A DNA stretch of 64,000 nt from positions 5,498 to 69,497 of IMG/VR virus record IMGVR_UViG_3300044641_005939. The stretch is one strand, 5' to 3'. The notes under the pieces are model-generated. The model had not been told where the DNA came from. It did no database searches and saw nothing but the letters and a program-made list of their open reading frames with translations. This document shows, piece by piece, positions 1 through 9,497 of the stretch. Within the stretch, counting starts at the first letter, position 1; the number at the start of each line of letters is the position of its first letter. The translations under genes and the position numbers were made by a program. Source of the DNA: a virus.

Positions 1-1
1 C

Positions 2-223
2 TGGTGTAAGTATTGCCATATTATGAAGAACGATATACTTACTAATAATGTTGGCAAAGGAATGATTGTGGCGTATATTGATATTGACAAACATCCAGAC
101 GTAGCAAAAGAATATATGGTTAGAACAATTCCCGATTATTTTATAATGAAAGACCGGATCGAAATCAAAAGACAAGTAGGATATAATAATTACCAAAAAT
201 TTGCACGGTGGTTTAATGAGTAA
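2..223 (+). CDS. Thioredoxin-family protein (5' truncated by window edge)
   Basis: The frame is open from nt 2 and reads W-C-K-Y-C (tgg tgt aag tat tgc), followed by IDIDKHPDVAKEYMVRTIP with the cis-Pro loop. The ORF track start at 23 is internal. Confidence 0.85.
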   Translation, partial: WCKYCHIMKNDILTNNVGKGMIVAYIDIDKHPDVAKEYMVRTIPDYFIMKDRIEIKRQVGYNNYQKFARWFNE

Positions 224-527
224 TGAATCAGTTTTAATTATTATATTGCTATTATTAAATATATTTTCTTTTATTATTGGCTTTATTCTGGGTAAAATTG
301 GGCCAATGCTTGGTGTATTTAGTAATAGTTCAGAAAAACCGGATTCTTTTTTTAAGACTAATAATACAACTAAAAGAAAACCAGCAATAGATATTGATGA
401 AACTAAATATGTGGTTGATATTAGTACAAAAGGATTAGAAAAAAAATACGATAGTCTGGGTGAAGTGAAACAATCTTCAGATAATATTCAAAATTCTGTT
501 AATAAATTAAAAAATATGAAAGGTTAA
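216..527 (+). CDS. Small protein with N-terminal transmembrane anchor and C-terminal basic/coiled-coil tail
   Basis: Hydrophobic stretch VLIIILLLLNIFSFIIGFILG; ATG at 216 overlaps the thioredoxin stop; ends 4 nt before the actin-like gene. Confidence 0.75.
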   Translation: MSNESVLIIILLLLNIFSFIIGFILGKIGPMLGVFSNSSEKPDSFFKTNNTTKRKPAIDIDETKYVVDISTKGLEKKYDSLGEVKQSSDNIQNSVNKLKNMKG

Positions 528-531
528 TCAT

Positions 532-1530
532 ATGGTAGGCTTAGACGTAGGAACAAGTTTTATAGTTTTATCAAAAGAAAATAATGAAACACTAACCTAT
601 AAAGACTTTAGAGATGCTTTCTATATTATTAAGCCAACCACGCCAGTAGCTACCAAAATGATAGAAAAAGGATTGCAGGGCAAAGTTTTTATTAAGGATT
701 CTGATGGCTCTTTTATTCTTTTGGGTAAAGATGCTATTGAAAAAGCTATTGAAAGAAATGATACCGCTAAAAGACCAATGTTTAAAGGCGTGGTATCCGC
801 TAAAGAAAAAGACGCAAAAAGAATTTTAGCTTTTATCTTAAAGGAAGTAGTCGGCACAGCTTCGGAGCCAAGTGAAAAATTGGTATTCTGTGTTCCTGCA
901 CAACCAGTAGATCAAGAGGATGAAGATTTTGATGTTGGATATCATGAGGATGTTGTCAAAACCATACTAAGTGAGTGTGGCTATGATGCTAAAGCAATAA
1001 ATGAAGCCGAGGCTTTATGCTATGCTGAACTTGATACTGAAGACTATACTGGTATAGCTATTAGTTGTGGTGCTGGTATGACTAATGTTTGTGTTATGCT
1101 TAATGGTGAACCGGTAATTGTATTCAGCACAACAAAGAGTGGAGACTGGGTTGATAGAATGAGTGCAGTAGCTACTGGACAACCAGATAGTGTTGTACAA
1201 GCTGAGAAAGAAGGTGGTGGATTTGTTATAGGCGAACCTAATGATAGTCCGATACTGTCTGCTGTGTCATCTTATTATGAAAGACTAATTGACTATACAA
1301 CCAAGCAACTAGCTGCTGCCTTAACTGATCACAAGTCTTTACCAAAATTTAAAAACCCACTAAGCATAGTGGTTGCTGGTGGCACATCACAAGCACAAGG
1401 ATATATCAGTCATTTTACTCAAAAGTTAAAAGACAATAATTTTCCATTAAATATTAAAGAAGTCAGACACGCAAACGATCCCCTTCATGCTGTTGCTAAG
1501 GGATGTTTGATAGCTGCTAAAGTGCTATAA
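532..1530 (+). CDS. Actin-fold ATPase (MreB/MamK/volactin-like)
   Basis: Phosphate-1 GLDVGT, connect-1 INEAEA, phosphate-2 ISCGAGMTNV, adenosine VVAGGTS and C-terminal DPLHAVAKG motifs. Confidence 0.9.
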   Translation: MVGLDVGTSFIVLSKENNETLTYKDFRDAFYIIKPTTPVATKMIEKGLQGKVFIKDSDGSFILLGKDAIEKAIERNDTAKRPMFKGVVSAKEKDAKRILAFILKEVVGTASEPSEKLVFCVPAQPVDQEDEDFDVGYHEDVVKTILSECGYDAKAINEAEALCYAELDTEDYTGIAISCGAGMTNVCVMLNGEPVIVFSTTKSGDWVDRMSAVATGQPDSVVQAEKEGGGFVIGEPNDSPILSAVSSYYERLIDYTTKQLAAALTDHKSLPKFKNPLSIVVAGGTSQAQGYISHFTQKLKDNNFPLNIKEVRHANDPLHAVAKGCLIAAKVL

Positions 1531-2456
1531 TGATCAGAAGAAAAAAAGATCTAATATCATTATTCCCATATACAAGACAAGATCTATATGGACTTAGCAC
1601 ATCTAGTCCACAAATGATTGGTTGGGAAATAGAAAAATTTGATATAATAAAAAGATGGAGATATTCTCAGGGAGAGGATATTGTTGTTGCTGTTATAGAT
1701 AGTGGATGCGACCTAAACCATGATGATTTAAAAGATAATCTAATAGATGGTAAAAATTTTGTTGATAAGAATAAACCACCTATGGATGATAATTCTCACG
1801 GCACTCATGTTGCTAGTACAATAGCAGCTTCTAATAATGGTTATGGTATGGTTGGCGTTGCCCCAAAGGCCAAGATTATGCCTGTTAAAGCCCTTGATGG
1901 TTCGGGCAGTGGTAATTTAAAAAACCTCGTAGAAGCTATAATTTGGGCCTCTGATAGCGTTGCAGACATCATCACCATGAGTCTAGGATCACCAGTCAGA
2001 TCCAAAGAAATTCAAAATGCTATTAATTATGGTGCAGAAAGAGGGAAGTTATTTTTCTGTGCTGCTGGTAATTCTGGTGAAAATAGCCCTATTTGTTTTC
2101 CTGCTGCTTGTGATAATACTGTATCTGTTGGGGCTGTTGATAGTGATTTGAATAGAACTAATTTTACTTGTTCTGGTAATGAATTAGATTTTTTATGTCC
2201 TGGCGCTAATATATTAGGGTGTATACCCGGCAATGGTTATGCTACTATGAGTGGAACCAGTATGGCTAACCCATTTGCTGTTGGTTGTGCTGCTCTTTAT
2301 ATGTCTTTTTTAAAGAAACAGAACATAACTAAAAATTATTCAGAATACGTTGAGGATTTCAGTAAATTCGCAAAACCGCTACAAAACACAAAGTATCATA
2401 ATAAAAAATATCAGGGATATGGTATACTATACCCAATAGAAACCGAAAAATTATAA
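1530..2456 (+). CDS. Subtilisin-like serine peptidase (S8), no signal peptide
   Basis: Catalytic motifs VAVIDSG, HGTHVAS, AAGN and SGTSMANP. Confidence 0.95.
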   Translation: MIRRKKDLISLFPYTRQDLYGLSTSSPQMIGWEIEKFDIIKRWRYSQGEDIVVAVIDSGCDLNHDDLKDNLIDGKNFVDKNKPPMDDNSHGTHVASTIAASNNGYGMVGVAPKAKIMPVKALDGSGSGNLKNLVEAIIWASDSVADIITMSLGSPVRSKEIQNAINYGAERGKLFFCAAGNSGENSPICFPAACDNTVSVGAVDSDLNRTNFTCSGNELDFLCPGANILGCIPGNGYATMSGTSMANPFAVGCAALYMSFLKKQNITKNYSEYVEDFSKFAKPLQNTKYHNKKYQGYGILYPIETEKL

Positions 2457-2459
2457 ATT

Positions 2460-2470
2460 AGTGTATAATA
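2460..2470 (+). promoter_or_regulatory. Putative phage late-type promoter motif RGTGTAT(A/T)
   Basis: AGTGTATAATA in an intergenic gap about 40 nt upstream of an RBS and ATG; the motif recurs at 23298, 24375 and 56688 (-). Confidence 0.5.
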
Positions 2471-2509
2471 TTAGGTTATACTAATTTTATTTCTATAAAG
2501 GAATACACT

Positions 2510-3250
2510 ATGAAACTAATAGTGATTATTCTTATATCTGTTCTATCAAGCGTTGTTTGGGCTGGAACTATAGACCCAAGAACAGATGACAACAAATATC
2601 TGGAATATGCTCAAGATTTCATCTATATAGGTCAAATTTTAGGAGTTAATAGCGAGAATCTAGAATATATGGCTTCTGGTGTTGTTATAAAACCAAACTT
2701 TATACTAACAGCAGCACATGTTGTGGATAATATTAAAACTTGTAAAATAAAAGTAGGAGATAAAGAATTCCCAATAACAAAAATAATGTATCAAAAAGAG
2801 TATAGTCAGAACAAAGTTGGGTACTATGATATTGCTATTGGTTATTCAGAAGAGAGAATAGAATTAAATTTTTATCCAGAACTATATTCTAAAAAAGATG
2901 AGGTAGGTAAATTGTGTTGTATGGCTGGGTTTGGTTTTACTGGAACTTTTAATACTGGTGCAGTTAAGTCTGATAATAGAAGAAGAGCAGGATCTAATAT
3001 AGTTGATTATATTGATAGACATCTTTTAATTTGCAGTCCATCAATATCTAATAATCGTACTAGTCTAGAGTTTTTGATAGCCAGCGGGGATAGTGGCGGA
3101 GGACTATTTATAGATGGAAAATTAGCTGGAATAAATTCTTGCGTTATGGCTGCTAATGGATCTCCAAAATCTGACTATAAAACAGAGAGTGGACACACTA
3201 GGATTAGCGAGAGTCTGGAGTGGATACTAGAGAATACAAAAGATAAATAG
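2510..3250 (+). CDS. Trypsin-like serine peptidase (S1) with signal peptide
   Basis: LTAAHV, YDIA and GDSGGGL triad motifs; N-terminal MKLIVIILISVLSSVVWA. Confidence 0.92.
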   Translation: MKLIVIILISVLSSVVWAGTIDPRTDDNKYLEYAQDFIYIGQILGVNSENLEYMASGVVIKPNFILTAAHVVDNIKTCKIKVGDKEFPITKIMYQKEYSQNKVGYYDIAIGYSEERIELNFYPELYSKKDEVGKLCCMAGFGFTGTFNTGAVKSDNRRRAGSNIVDYIDRHLLICSPSISNNRTSLEFLIASGDSGGGLFIDGKLAGINSCVMAANGSPKSDYKTESGHTRISESLEWILENTKDK

Positions 3251-3328
3251 ATATTATAACCATGTTCTCTGCATAACATATAGTATGAATTTCTACTCAA
3301 CGCAAGATAAAAATTTTTTATCAAATTC

Positions 3329-3357
3329 CTTGACCTCGTATAAAAACTGGCTATACT
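3329..3357 (+). promoter_or_regulatory. Sigma70-type early promoter CTTGAC-N17-TATACT
   Basis: Intergenic; same geometry as four other sites in the window. Confidence 0.7.
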
Positions 3358-3387
3358 AAGAACATAGTCCTAACATTTGAGAAAAGT

Positions 3388-3570
3388 ATGTCCGAACCAG
3401 AAAACAAAAAAGATTTAAGACGGCAAAAATTGGCTGATAAAAGTTACAAGAAACAGACTCTTTCTGAAGAACAGAGATTTTTGTCTAAATCAAAAAAACA
3501 ACTCAAAAAGAAAATAGAAGATATCAAAGCAGACGAGCTGTGGGAAGATTGGGAAAATGAAATATATTGA
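3388..3570 (+). CDS. Hypothetical small basic protein
   Basis: First ORF after the promoter; overlaps the next gene. Confidence 0.65.
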   Translation: MSEPENKKDLRRQKLADKSYKKQTLSEEQRFLSKSKKQLKKKIEDIKADELWEDWENEIY

Positions 3571-3796
3571 AGAATTATCTAGTGGCGATTGCTTTGAATA
3601 CGATTCTAGAAAGTTTTTGTTAACTTCTGATTTTCGTAAAAATGGATTTAGATTAGCATATTCGCTAACTGATGGCTTTGCTTCTTGGATGAATAGTCAG
3701 ACTATTGTTGATATCCTACCAATTTATTGTTTAGATAAAGATAATAATATTACTCCAATAAAAGAAACCCCCAAAAATGACAATATTTCTAAATAA
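3557..3796 (+). CDS. Hypothetical protein
   Basis: 79 aa ORF in a coupled run. Confidence 0.7.
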   Translation: MKYIEELSSGDCFEYDSRKFLLTSDFRKNGFRLAYSLTDGFASWMNSQTIVDILPIYCLDKDNNITPIKETPKNDNISK

Positions 3797-4019
3797 AATT
3801 GTTACATTTGTTGTATCTCTATTTAATCATATTAAACGAGGTTCTCCAAAGAGCAGTCAAAAATTAATCAATCAGAGATATGATATTTGCTTACTATGTA
3901 GTGAGTTTATTGTTGAACGCTCTGAGTGTAATGTTTGTGGTTGTAATATTAATAATAAAAAAATCCTTCTTAATAAACTAGCATGGGCAGATCAACATTG
4001 CCCACTTAAAAAATGGTAA
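3777..4019 (+). CDS. Small Cys-rich hypothetical protein (CxxC...CxxCGC...CPxxKW)
   Basis: RYDICLLC, CNVCGC and HCPLKKW, a pattern common in phage metal-binding proteins. Confidence 0.75.
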   Translation: MTIFLNKIVTFVVSLFNHIKRGSPKSSQKLINQRYDICLLCSEFIVERSECNVCGCNINNKKILLNKLAWADQHCPLKKW

Positions 4020-4038
4020 TGCTCTAACAACCATTTAT

Positions 4039-4067
4039 CTTGACTAGAATTTCACCACACATATGAT
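4039..4067 (+). promoter_or_regulatory. Sigma70-type promoter CTTGAC-N17-TATGAT
   Basis: Intergenic, followed by a GGAGG RBS and ATG at 4084. Confidence 0.7.
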
Positions 4068-4083
4068 ATTTATGGAGGACACT

Positions 4084-4632
4084 ATGAAAACTATTGTTAA
4101 AAAAAATAATATTCCATTAATTAATGGAGATTTATTCTACTACATTAATAGCTATATTAATCAAGGGAATAATGGATCTAGCATCATAGTCCCACACGTT
4201 TGTAATAACATTAATTCTTTTGGTGCTGGATTTGCTGGTGCTGTAGCAAAACATTATCCTAGCGTAAAAGAAAATTATCATCTGCTAGGAAATAGTTTTC
4301 TTAAAAATAATCTCGGATATACCCAATTTGTTGAAGTTGCAAAAGATAAAACATATGGACATAAATTAATTTTTGCTAATATGGTCGCCCAGAATAGTAT
4401 AATATCCAAAAACAACAACAGACCACTGAATTATCTAGCACTGGCTAAGAGCATGGTTAATGTAAATAAATACATAAAATCTAATTTTGATAATGACAGT
4501 AAAGTACAAATTCACGCTCCAAAATTTGGTTGTGGATTGGCTGGAGGTAACTGGAATTTTATAGAAAATCTTATAGAAGATATATGGACAGATATTGACG
4601 TAACAATATATACCTATGGTACAACAAAATGA
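4084..4632 (+). CDS. Macrodomain (ADP-ribose-processing, TARG1/DarG-like)
   Basis: HVCNNINSFGAGFAGAVAKHYP and IHAPKFGCGLAGGNW motifs. Confidence 0.88.
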   Translation: MKTIVKKNNIPLINGDLFYYINSYINQGNNGSSIIVPHVCNNINSFGAGFAGAVAKHYPSVKENYHLLGNSFLKNNLGYTQFVEVAKDKTYGHKLIFANMVAQNSIISKNNNRPLNYLALAKSMVNVNKYIKSNFDNDSKVQIHAPKFGCGLAGGNWNFIENLIEDIWTDIDVTIYTYGTTK

Positions 4633-5426
4633 AAAAGGCTATCTGCTCCATATTTGATAGTAAATATTTCTCTCAAGGTAGACACGCCTTAGAGTCTGCT
4701 AAAAGACATAATCCATCGCACACAACAGTGCTACTAACAGATAATGTTGATAATAAGATAGCCGATATACAATTAACACCTAAAGATATAGGTCTTCCCG
4801 AAGAAAATTGGCTAACAGTTGGTAGAGTAGCAATTGTAGAATTCTTATTACAAAATTTAAATTTTGATACTACAATTTTTATAGATGGCGACACATTTAT
4901 ATATAATTCATTTGATAATTTACAGTATGAAGCTGAAAATAATAATATGGTTGTTATCCCACACATAACCAAACCTATACCAAATGATAATCATGGACCT
5001 CAAAATAGAACTATTAGTTTATCTGGTAATTATAATACTGGAGTTTGGGGTGCTTCAAAAGGAGGTTTATCATTTATAAAATGGTGGAGAGAACAAACAC
5101 TATTATTTCCAATATTAAGGCCAGATTGGGGTTTTGTTAATGAGCAAGGATGGCTAAGATTTGTTGGTGATTTTGAAGAAAAAACAAAAATATTTAGACA
5201 TCCAGGATATAATGTAGCATATTGGAATATTAAACAAAGATTTGTTGAATATAATAATGACTCTCTATTTATAGATGGAGAAAAATTATGTATTATGCAT
5301 TTTTCAGGTTTGAATAGAGATATAGATCCACACACTATGTCTGTGTTTCAAGATAGATTTTTTCTTCACGACGACGATATAGTGTATAAAATATACAAAG
5401 ACTATTATGATCTTATATGGACCTAA
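4629..5426 (+). CDS. GT-A fold glycosyltransferase
   Basis: FIDGD DxD motif, GNYNTG, NEQGWL, HPGYNVAYWN and HFSG. Confidence 0.8.
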   Translation: MKKAICSIFDSKYFSQGRHALESAKRHNPSHTTVLLTDNVDNKIADIQLTPKDIGLPEENWLTVGRVAIVEFLLQNLNFDTTIFIDGDTFIYNSFDNLQYEAENNNMVVIPHITKPIPNDNHGPQNRTISLSGNYNTGVWGASKGGLSFIKWWREQTLLFPILRPDWGFVNEQGWLRFVGDFEEKTKIFRHPGYNVAYWNIKQRFVEYNNDSLFIDGEKLCIMHFSGLNRDIDPHTMSVFQDRFFLHDDDIVYKIYKDYYDLIWT

Positions 5427-5430
5427 AATA

Positions 5431-6378
5431 ATGAAAAAAATAGTATATATTACTGGATGTCTTGGCTTTATTGGATCATATATAACCAGACTGTGTTTAG
5501 AAAAAGGTTGGTATGTAAAAGGTGTTGATAAAATAACATACGCTGCAAATACTGATTTATTAGATGAGTTTCGTAAATATCCTAATTTTTCTTTCGTTCA
5601 TTGTGATATTAATGATTTAAAATTTTTATATGATTGTGATTATGTAATAAATACCGCAGCAGAAACTCATGTTGGTAATTCTATTGTCAATAGTGATGAT
5701 TTTATAAAATCAAACATTGATGGAGTACACAATCTACTAAAACTCATACAAAACTATAGACAGGAAAATTCTAACAAACCAATACTATTGCATATTAGTA
5801 CAGATGAAGTGTATGGGGATATTAATAATGGCGCTCACTCAGAAAGTGACATACTCAAACCTTCTAACCCGTATTCAGCAACAAAAGCTGCCGCAGATAT
5901 GTTGATATTAGCTTGGAATAGAACATATCAGATTCCATTTTTAATTGCTAGGCCAACAAATAACTATGGTATAGGACAGTATATAGAAAAATTAATTCCT
6001 AAAACTTGTAAATATATTTTATTGAATCGTAAAATACCTTTACATAATAATGGAACACCTATTAGAAATTGGCTACATGCTGAAGATACAGCATTTGCAA
6101 TTATTACTCTAATAGAATCAGGCTCGAAAAATGAGATATATAATATATGCGGAGGATTTGAACAGTCTAATATGGAAACTGTTAAGGATATCTTAAAAAT
6201 ATATGGTATACAAAATATTGATCAACATATTGACTTATCGTTTAATAGAAATGGACAAGATATTAGATATTCATTAGATGATTCAAAAATAAAACAATTA
6301 GGATGGCAACCTAAGAAAATTTTTCATCAAGAATTGTCAAAAATCGTAAACTATTATAATAATAAATTTATATGGTAA
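5431..6378 (+). CDS. rfbB: NDP-glucose 4,6-dehydratase (RfbB/RmlB-like)
   Basis: ITGCLGFIGS, DKITYA, AAETHV, STDEVYG, YSATK and NNYG motifs. Confidence 0.9.
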   Translation: MKKIVYITGCLGFIGSYITRLCLEKGWYVKGVDKITYAANTDLLDEFRKYPNFSFVHCDINDLKFLYDCDYVINTAAETHVGNSIVNSDDFIKSNIDGVHNLLKLIQNYRQENSNKPILLHISTDEVYGDINNGAHSESDILKPSNPYSATKAAADMLILAWNRTYQIPFLIARPTNNYGIGQYIEKLIPKTCKYILLNRKIPLHNNGTPIRNWLHAEDTAFAIITLIESGSKNEIYNICGGFEQSNMETVKDILKIYGIQNIDQHIDLSFNRNGQDIRYSLDDSKIKQLGWQPKKIFHQELSKIVNYYNNKFIW

Positions 6379-6665
6379 TATATATAGATATTGATGATAC
6401 AATATGTAATAGTCCTAATAAACCTGACTATACTAATAGTACTCCTATATTAGAAAATATAGAAAAAGCTAATAAATTATATGATCAAGGCAATACCATC
6501 ATTTATTGGACTGCTAGGGGAACAGTTAGTGGTATTGATTGGAAAGATATAACATTAAATCAATTCAAAACTTGGGGAGTTAAATATCACGATATTAAAT
6601 TTGGTAAACCATATTATGATTTATTTATTGATGATAAAAATATTAATACGAAGGATTGGATATGA
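6372..6665 (+). CDS. Small HAD-family phosphatase (capsule-biosynthesis type)
   Basis: DIDDTIC, WTARG and GKPYYDLFIDDK motifs. Confidence 0.85.
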   Translation: MVIYIDIDDTICNSPNKPDYTNSTPILENIEKANKLYDQGNTIIYWTARGTVSGIDWKDITLNQFKTWGVKYHDIKFGKPYYDLFIDDKNINTKDWI

Positions 6666-7738
6666 ATACAAACAATATATTTACTAATTTATTTATATTA
6701 GAGTTAGCTAATAACCATTGGGGATCAATAAAAAGAGGTAAACAAATTATTAAAGAGTTCTCTAAAATTGTTAAGGATAACAATATAAGAGCATCTATAA
6801 AACTACAATTCCGTGATGTTGATAGTTTCATACATAAAGATTTTAAACCCAAAACGGTTAAGAATTTGGATAACTTACCAAAAAGACAAAGATATATAGA
6901 AAAAACAAATTCAACCAAATTATCTGAAAATGAATTTGCTGAATTAGTATCCTATATAAAGCAGAATGATTGTATTCCTATGGCTACTGCTTTTGATGAA
7001 CCCTCAGTGGATCTTTGTGTGAAATTTGATATGCCAATTATTAAAATTGCTAGCTCAGATATAAATGACTGGATGTTATTACAAAAAATTGCATCAACAC
7101 ACAAACCAGTTATATTGTCCACCGGTGGAGCGAATGAGAAGCAGATAGATGATGCCGTTAAATTTTTTAGTAATAGAAGCATTGATATTGCTCTTAATCA
7201 TTGCGTATCAAAATATCCAACAGAAGATAATGAATTAGAATTAGATCAAATAGATTATCTTAAAAATAAATATCCTGAATTAACTATAGGATTTTCAACA
7301 CACGAATATAATGATTGGCACTCCTCTATGCTAATATCTTATGCTAAAGGAGCAAGAACTTGGGAAAGACATATTGATATACCATATCCAAATAATCATG
7401 TACAAAAAAATATTTCCCTATACTGTTCTCTCCCTCATCAGATAGATGAATGGTTCAAAGCTTTCCATACTGCACAAAAAATGTGTGGTACTTCATATAA
7501 TGAAAGACGTACTATAGATAAGAAAGAAATAGAATATTTAGAATCTTTATATCGAGGACTATATGTTAGAAAAAATATAAAGAAAGGTCACAAAATAACA
7601 TTAGAAGATCTATATAGCGCAATACCTTATCAAAAAGAAATAAATCAATTGTCTTCTAGAAATTTTATACAAAAAGATTGCATCGCTAAAAACAATCTAA
7701 CGAAAGATGATCCACTAACAAAAAATGATATAGAATAA
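6662..7738 (+). CDS. neuB: NeuB-family nonulosonic (sialic) acid synthase with C-terminal SAF domain
   Basis: ELANNHWG, IKLQ, TAFD, KIASSD, LSTGG, HCVSKYP, GFSTHE and ERH motifs. Confidence 0.9.
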   Translation: MNTNNIFTNLFILELANNHWGSIKRGKQIIKEFSKIVKDNNIRASIKLQFRDVDSFIHKDFKPKTVKNLDNLPKRQRYIEKTNSTKLSENEFAELVSYIKQNDCIPMATAFDEPSVDLCVKFDMPIIKIASSDINDWMLLQKIASTHKPVILSTGGANEKQIDDAVKFFSNRSIDIALNHCVSKYPTEDNELELDQIDYLKNKYPELTIGFSTHEYNDWHSSMLISYAKGARTWERHIDIPYPNNHVQKNISLYCSLPHQIDEWFKAFHTAQKMCGTSYNERRTIDKKEIEYLESLYRGLYVRKNIKKGHKITLEDLYSAIPYQKEINQLSSRNFIQKDCIAKNNLTKDDPLTKNDIE

Positions 7739-9477
7739 TGAAAGTTTCTGATTTAGTATTTGATTTTATAGCAGATCAAGGAATAGATACTGTTTTTACC
7801 GTTTCTGGTGGAGGCTGTATGCATCTTATAGATTCATTAGGTAAAAACAAAAGATTAAAATATATATGTAATCATCATGAACAGGCTTGTTCTATAGCAG
7901 CAGAAGGATATTATAGGACAAAACATCTTCCTGGGTGTGTTTTAGTTACAACAGGACCGGGAGGAACAAATGCGCTGACAGGCGTATTGTGTGCTTTTCA
8001 AGACTCCATACCCATGATAATAATATCTGGTCAAGTTCCCACCAATCAATTAAGTAAAAATACTGGATGTCGGCAAATTGGACAGCAAGAATTTAATATA
8101 GTTGATACGGTAAAACAGATGGTTAAATATTCTGTATTAGTTAATGATCCAAAGAAAATATTATATGAGCTTCAAAAAGCACATCATATTGCGGTTTCTG
8201 GAAGACCAGGTCCGGTATGGATTGATATACCTTTAGATATCCAAAGCTCATTTATAGATATTAGTAATATTAAACAATATCAGATTCCAATATTATATAG
8301 TATGTATGATAATTTAAATAATATCTTATATTTAGATATATTTAAAAAACAGCTTGCTCAATCTAAAAAACCAATAATAGTTATAGGAGGAGGAATAAAA
8401 GCTTCAAACACTATTCAATCTCTTAGAAACTTTCTAGAAAAAACCAACATACCAGTGATGTCCGGACCACATTCCGCTGTAGATATCATTAATAATAGTT
8501 ATCCATATTATGCTGGTCGTTTTGGATTATTAGGACAAAAGACATCTAATCATTTAATCCAAGAAAGCGATTTTATTATTTCTCTAGGTTCTCGTCTAAA
8601 TCCTAAAATGATTGGTTATGATAGTTTACAATTTGCTCCATACGCAAATAAATTTGTGATAGATATAGACAAGAACGAATTGAAAAAATTGAATCTATGC
8701 AAAACCACCTTTAAATGGAATATTGATTTAAAAGTATTTTTTAATCTATTATCTGATAAAATAGAAAAACCTAACATTGAAGATTGGCAAGATTATATTC
8801 TAGAAGAAAGATCTAAAGAAACTCTAGTATTACAAAAACACAGAGATATAAAAAAATATGTAAGCACATATGTATTTGTAGAAAAATTACAACAATACTT
8901 AAAAGACGATAGCATTATTGTAACGAGCGATGGAACAGCACACGTTGTTCCATTAAAAACTATGATACTAAGAGATAACCAACAGTTATTTAGTAATGAA
9001 GGAACAGCGCCAATGGGATATGGATTACCAGCCTCTATAGGAGCATATTATGGTTCTAAAAAACCTATTATTTGTATTGAAGGAGATGGCAGTATAATGA
9101 TGAATTTACAAGAATTAGAAACAATACAGTACCACAAACTACCTATTAAAATTTTTATTTTAAATAATAATGGATATTTATCTATTAAATTAACACAAAA
9201 TTCTTTTTTTAATGGACATTTAGTAGCTAGTAATATTTCTAGTGGTGTATCGTTGCCATCATATAAAAAAATTGCCAAATCCTTTAATTTTGAATATTAT
9301 AGTATAAGATCAAATAAATATTTAAATCGTCAATTAAAACAGATATTTAAAAATAATCGACCATGTATAATTGAAGTTTTTACAGACCCAAACGAGCAAC
9401 ATGAACCTAAAGTTAAAGCAAAAGGAATAGATGTTGATGGTAAAATTATTCCTGGAAATCTAATAGATATTAATTAA
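7738..9477 (+). CDS. ThDP-dependent acetolactate-synthase-like enzyme (YerE-like sugar-branching enzyme)
   Basis: HHEQAC, TTGPGGTN, GRPGPVWIDIP and GDGS...NNNGY ThDP motif; embedded in a sugar-biosynthesis cluster. Confidence 0.88.
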   Translation: MKVSDLVFDFIADQGIDTVFTVSGGGCMHLIDSLGKNKRLKYICNHHEQACSIAAEGYYRTKHLPGCVLVTTGPGGTNALTGVLCAFQDSIPMIIISGQVPTNQLSKNTGCRQIGQQEFNIVDTVKQMVKYSVLVNDPKKILYELQKAHHIAVSGRPGPVWIDIPLDIQSSFIDISNIKQYQIPILYSMYDNLNNILYLDIFKKQLAQSKKPIIVIGGGIKASNTIQSLRNFLEKTNIPVMSGPHSAVDIINNSYPYYAGRFGLLGQKTSNHLIQESDFIISLGSRLNPKMIGYDSLQFAPYANKFVIDIDKNELKKLNLCKTTFKWNIDLKVFFNLLSDKIEKPNIEDWQDYILEERSKETLVLQKHRDIKKYVSTYVFVEKLQQYLKDDSIIVTSDGTAHVVPLKTMILRDNQQLFSNEGTAPMGYGLPASIGAYYGSKKPIICIEGDGSIMMNLQELETIQYHKLPIKIFILNNNGYLSIKLTQNSFFNGHLVASNISSGVSLPSYKKIAKSFNFEYYSIRSNKYLNRQLKQIFKNNRPCIIEVFTDPNEQHEPKVKAKGIDVDGKIIPGNLIDIN

Positions 9478-9497
9478 TTATAAGATGAGGTAAATTT

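Noticed and set aside
3306-3322. 17-bp palindrome GATAAAAATTTTTTATC upstream of a promoter
   Set aside because: It is almost all A/T, occurs once and is likely by chance or an UP element; not supportable as an operator.
7738-9477. Acetolactate synthase as a branched-chain amino acid AMG
   Set aside because: No regulatory subunit or other ilv genes; the sugar-pathway context favours a YerE-like role.
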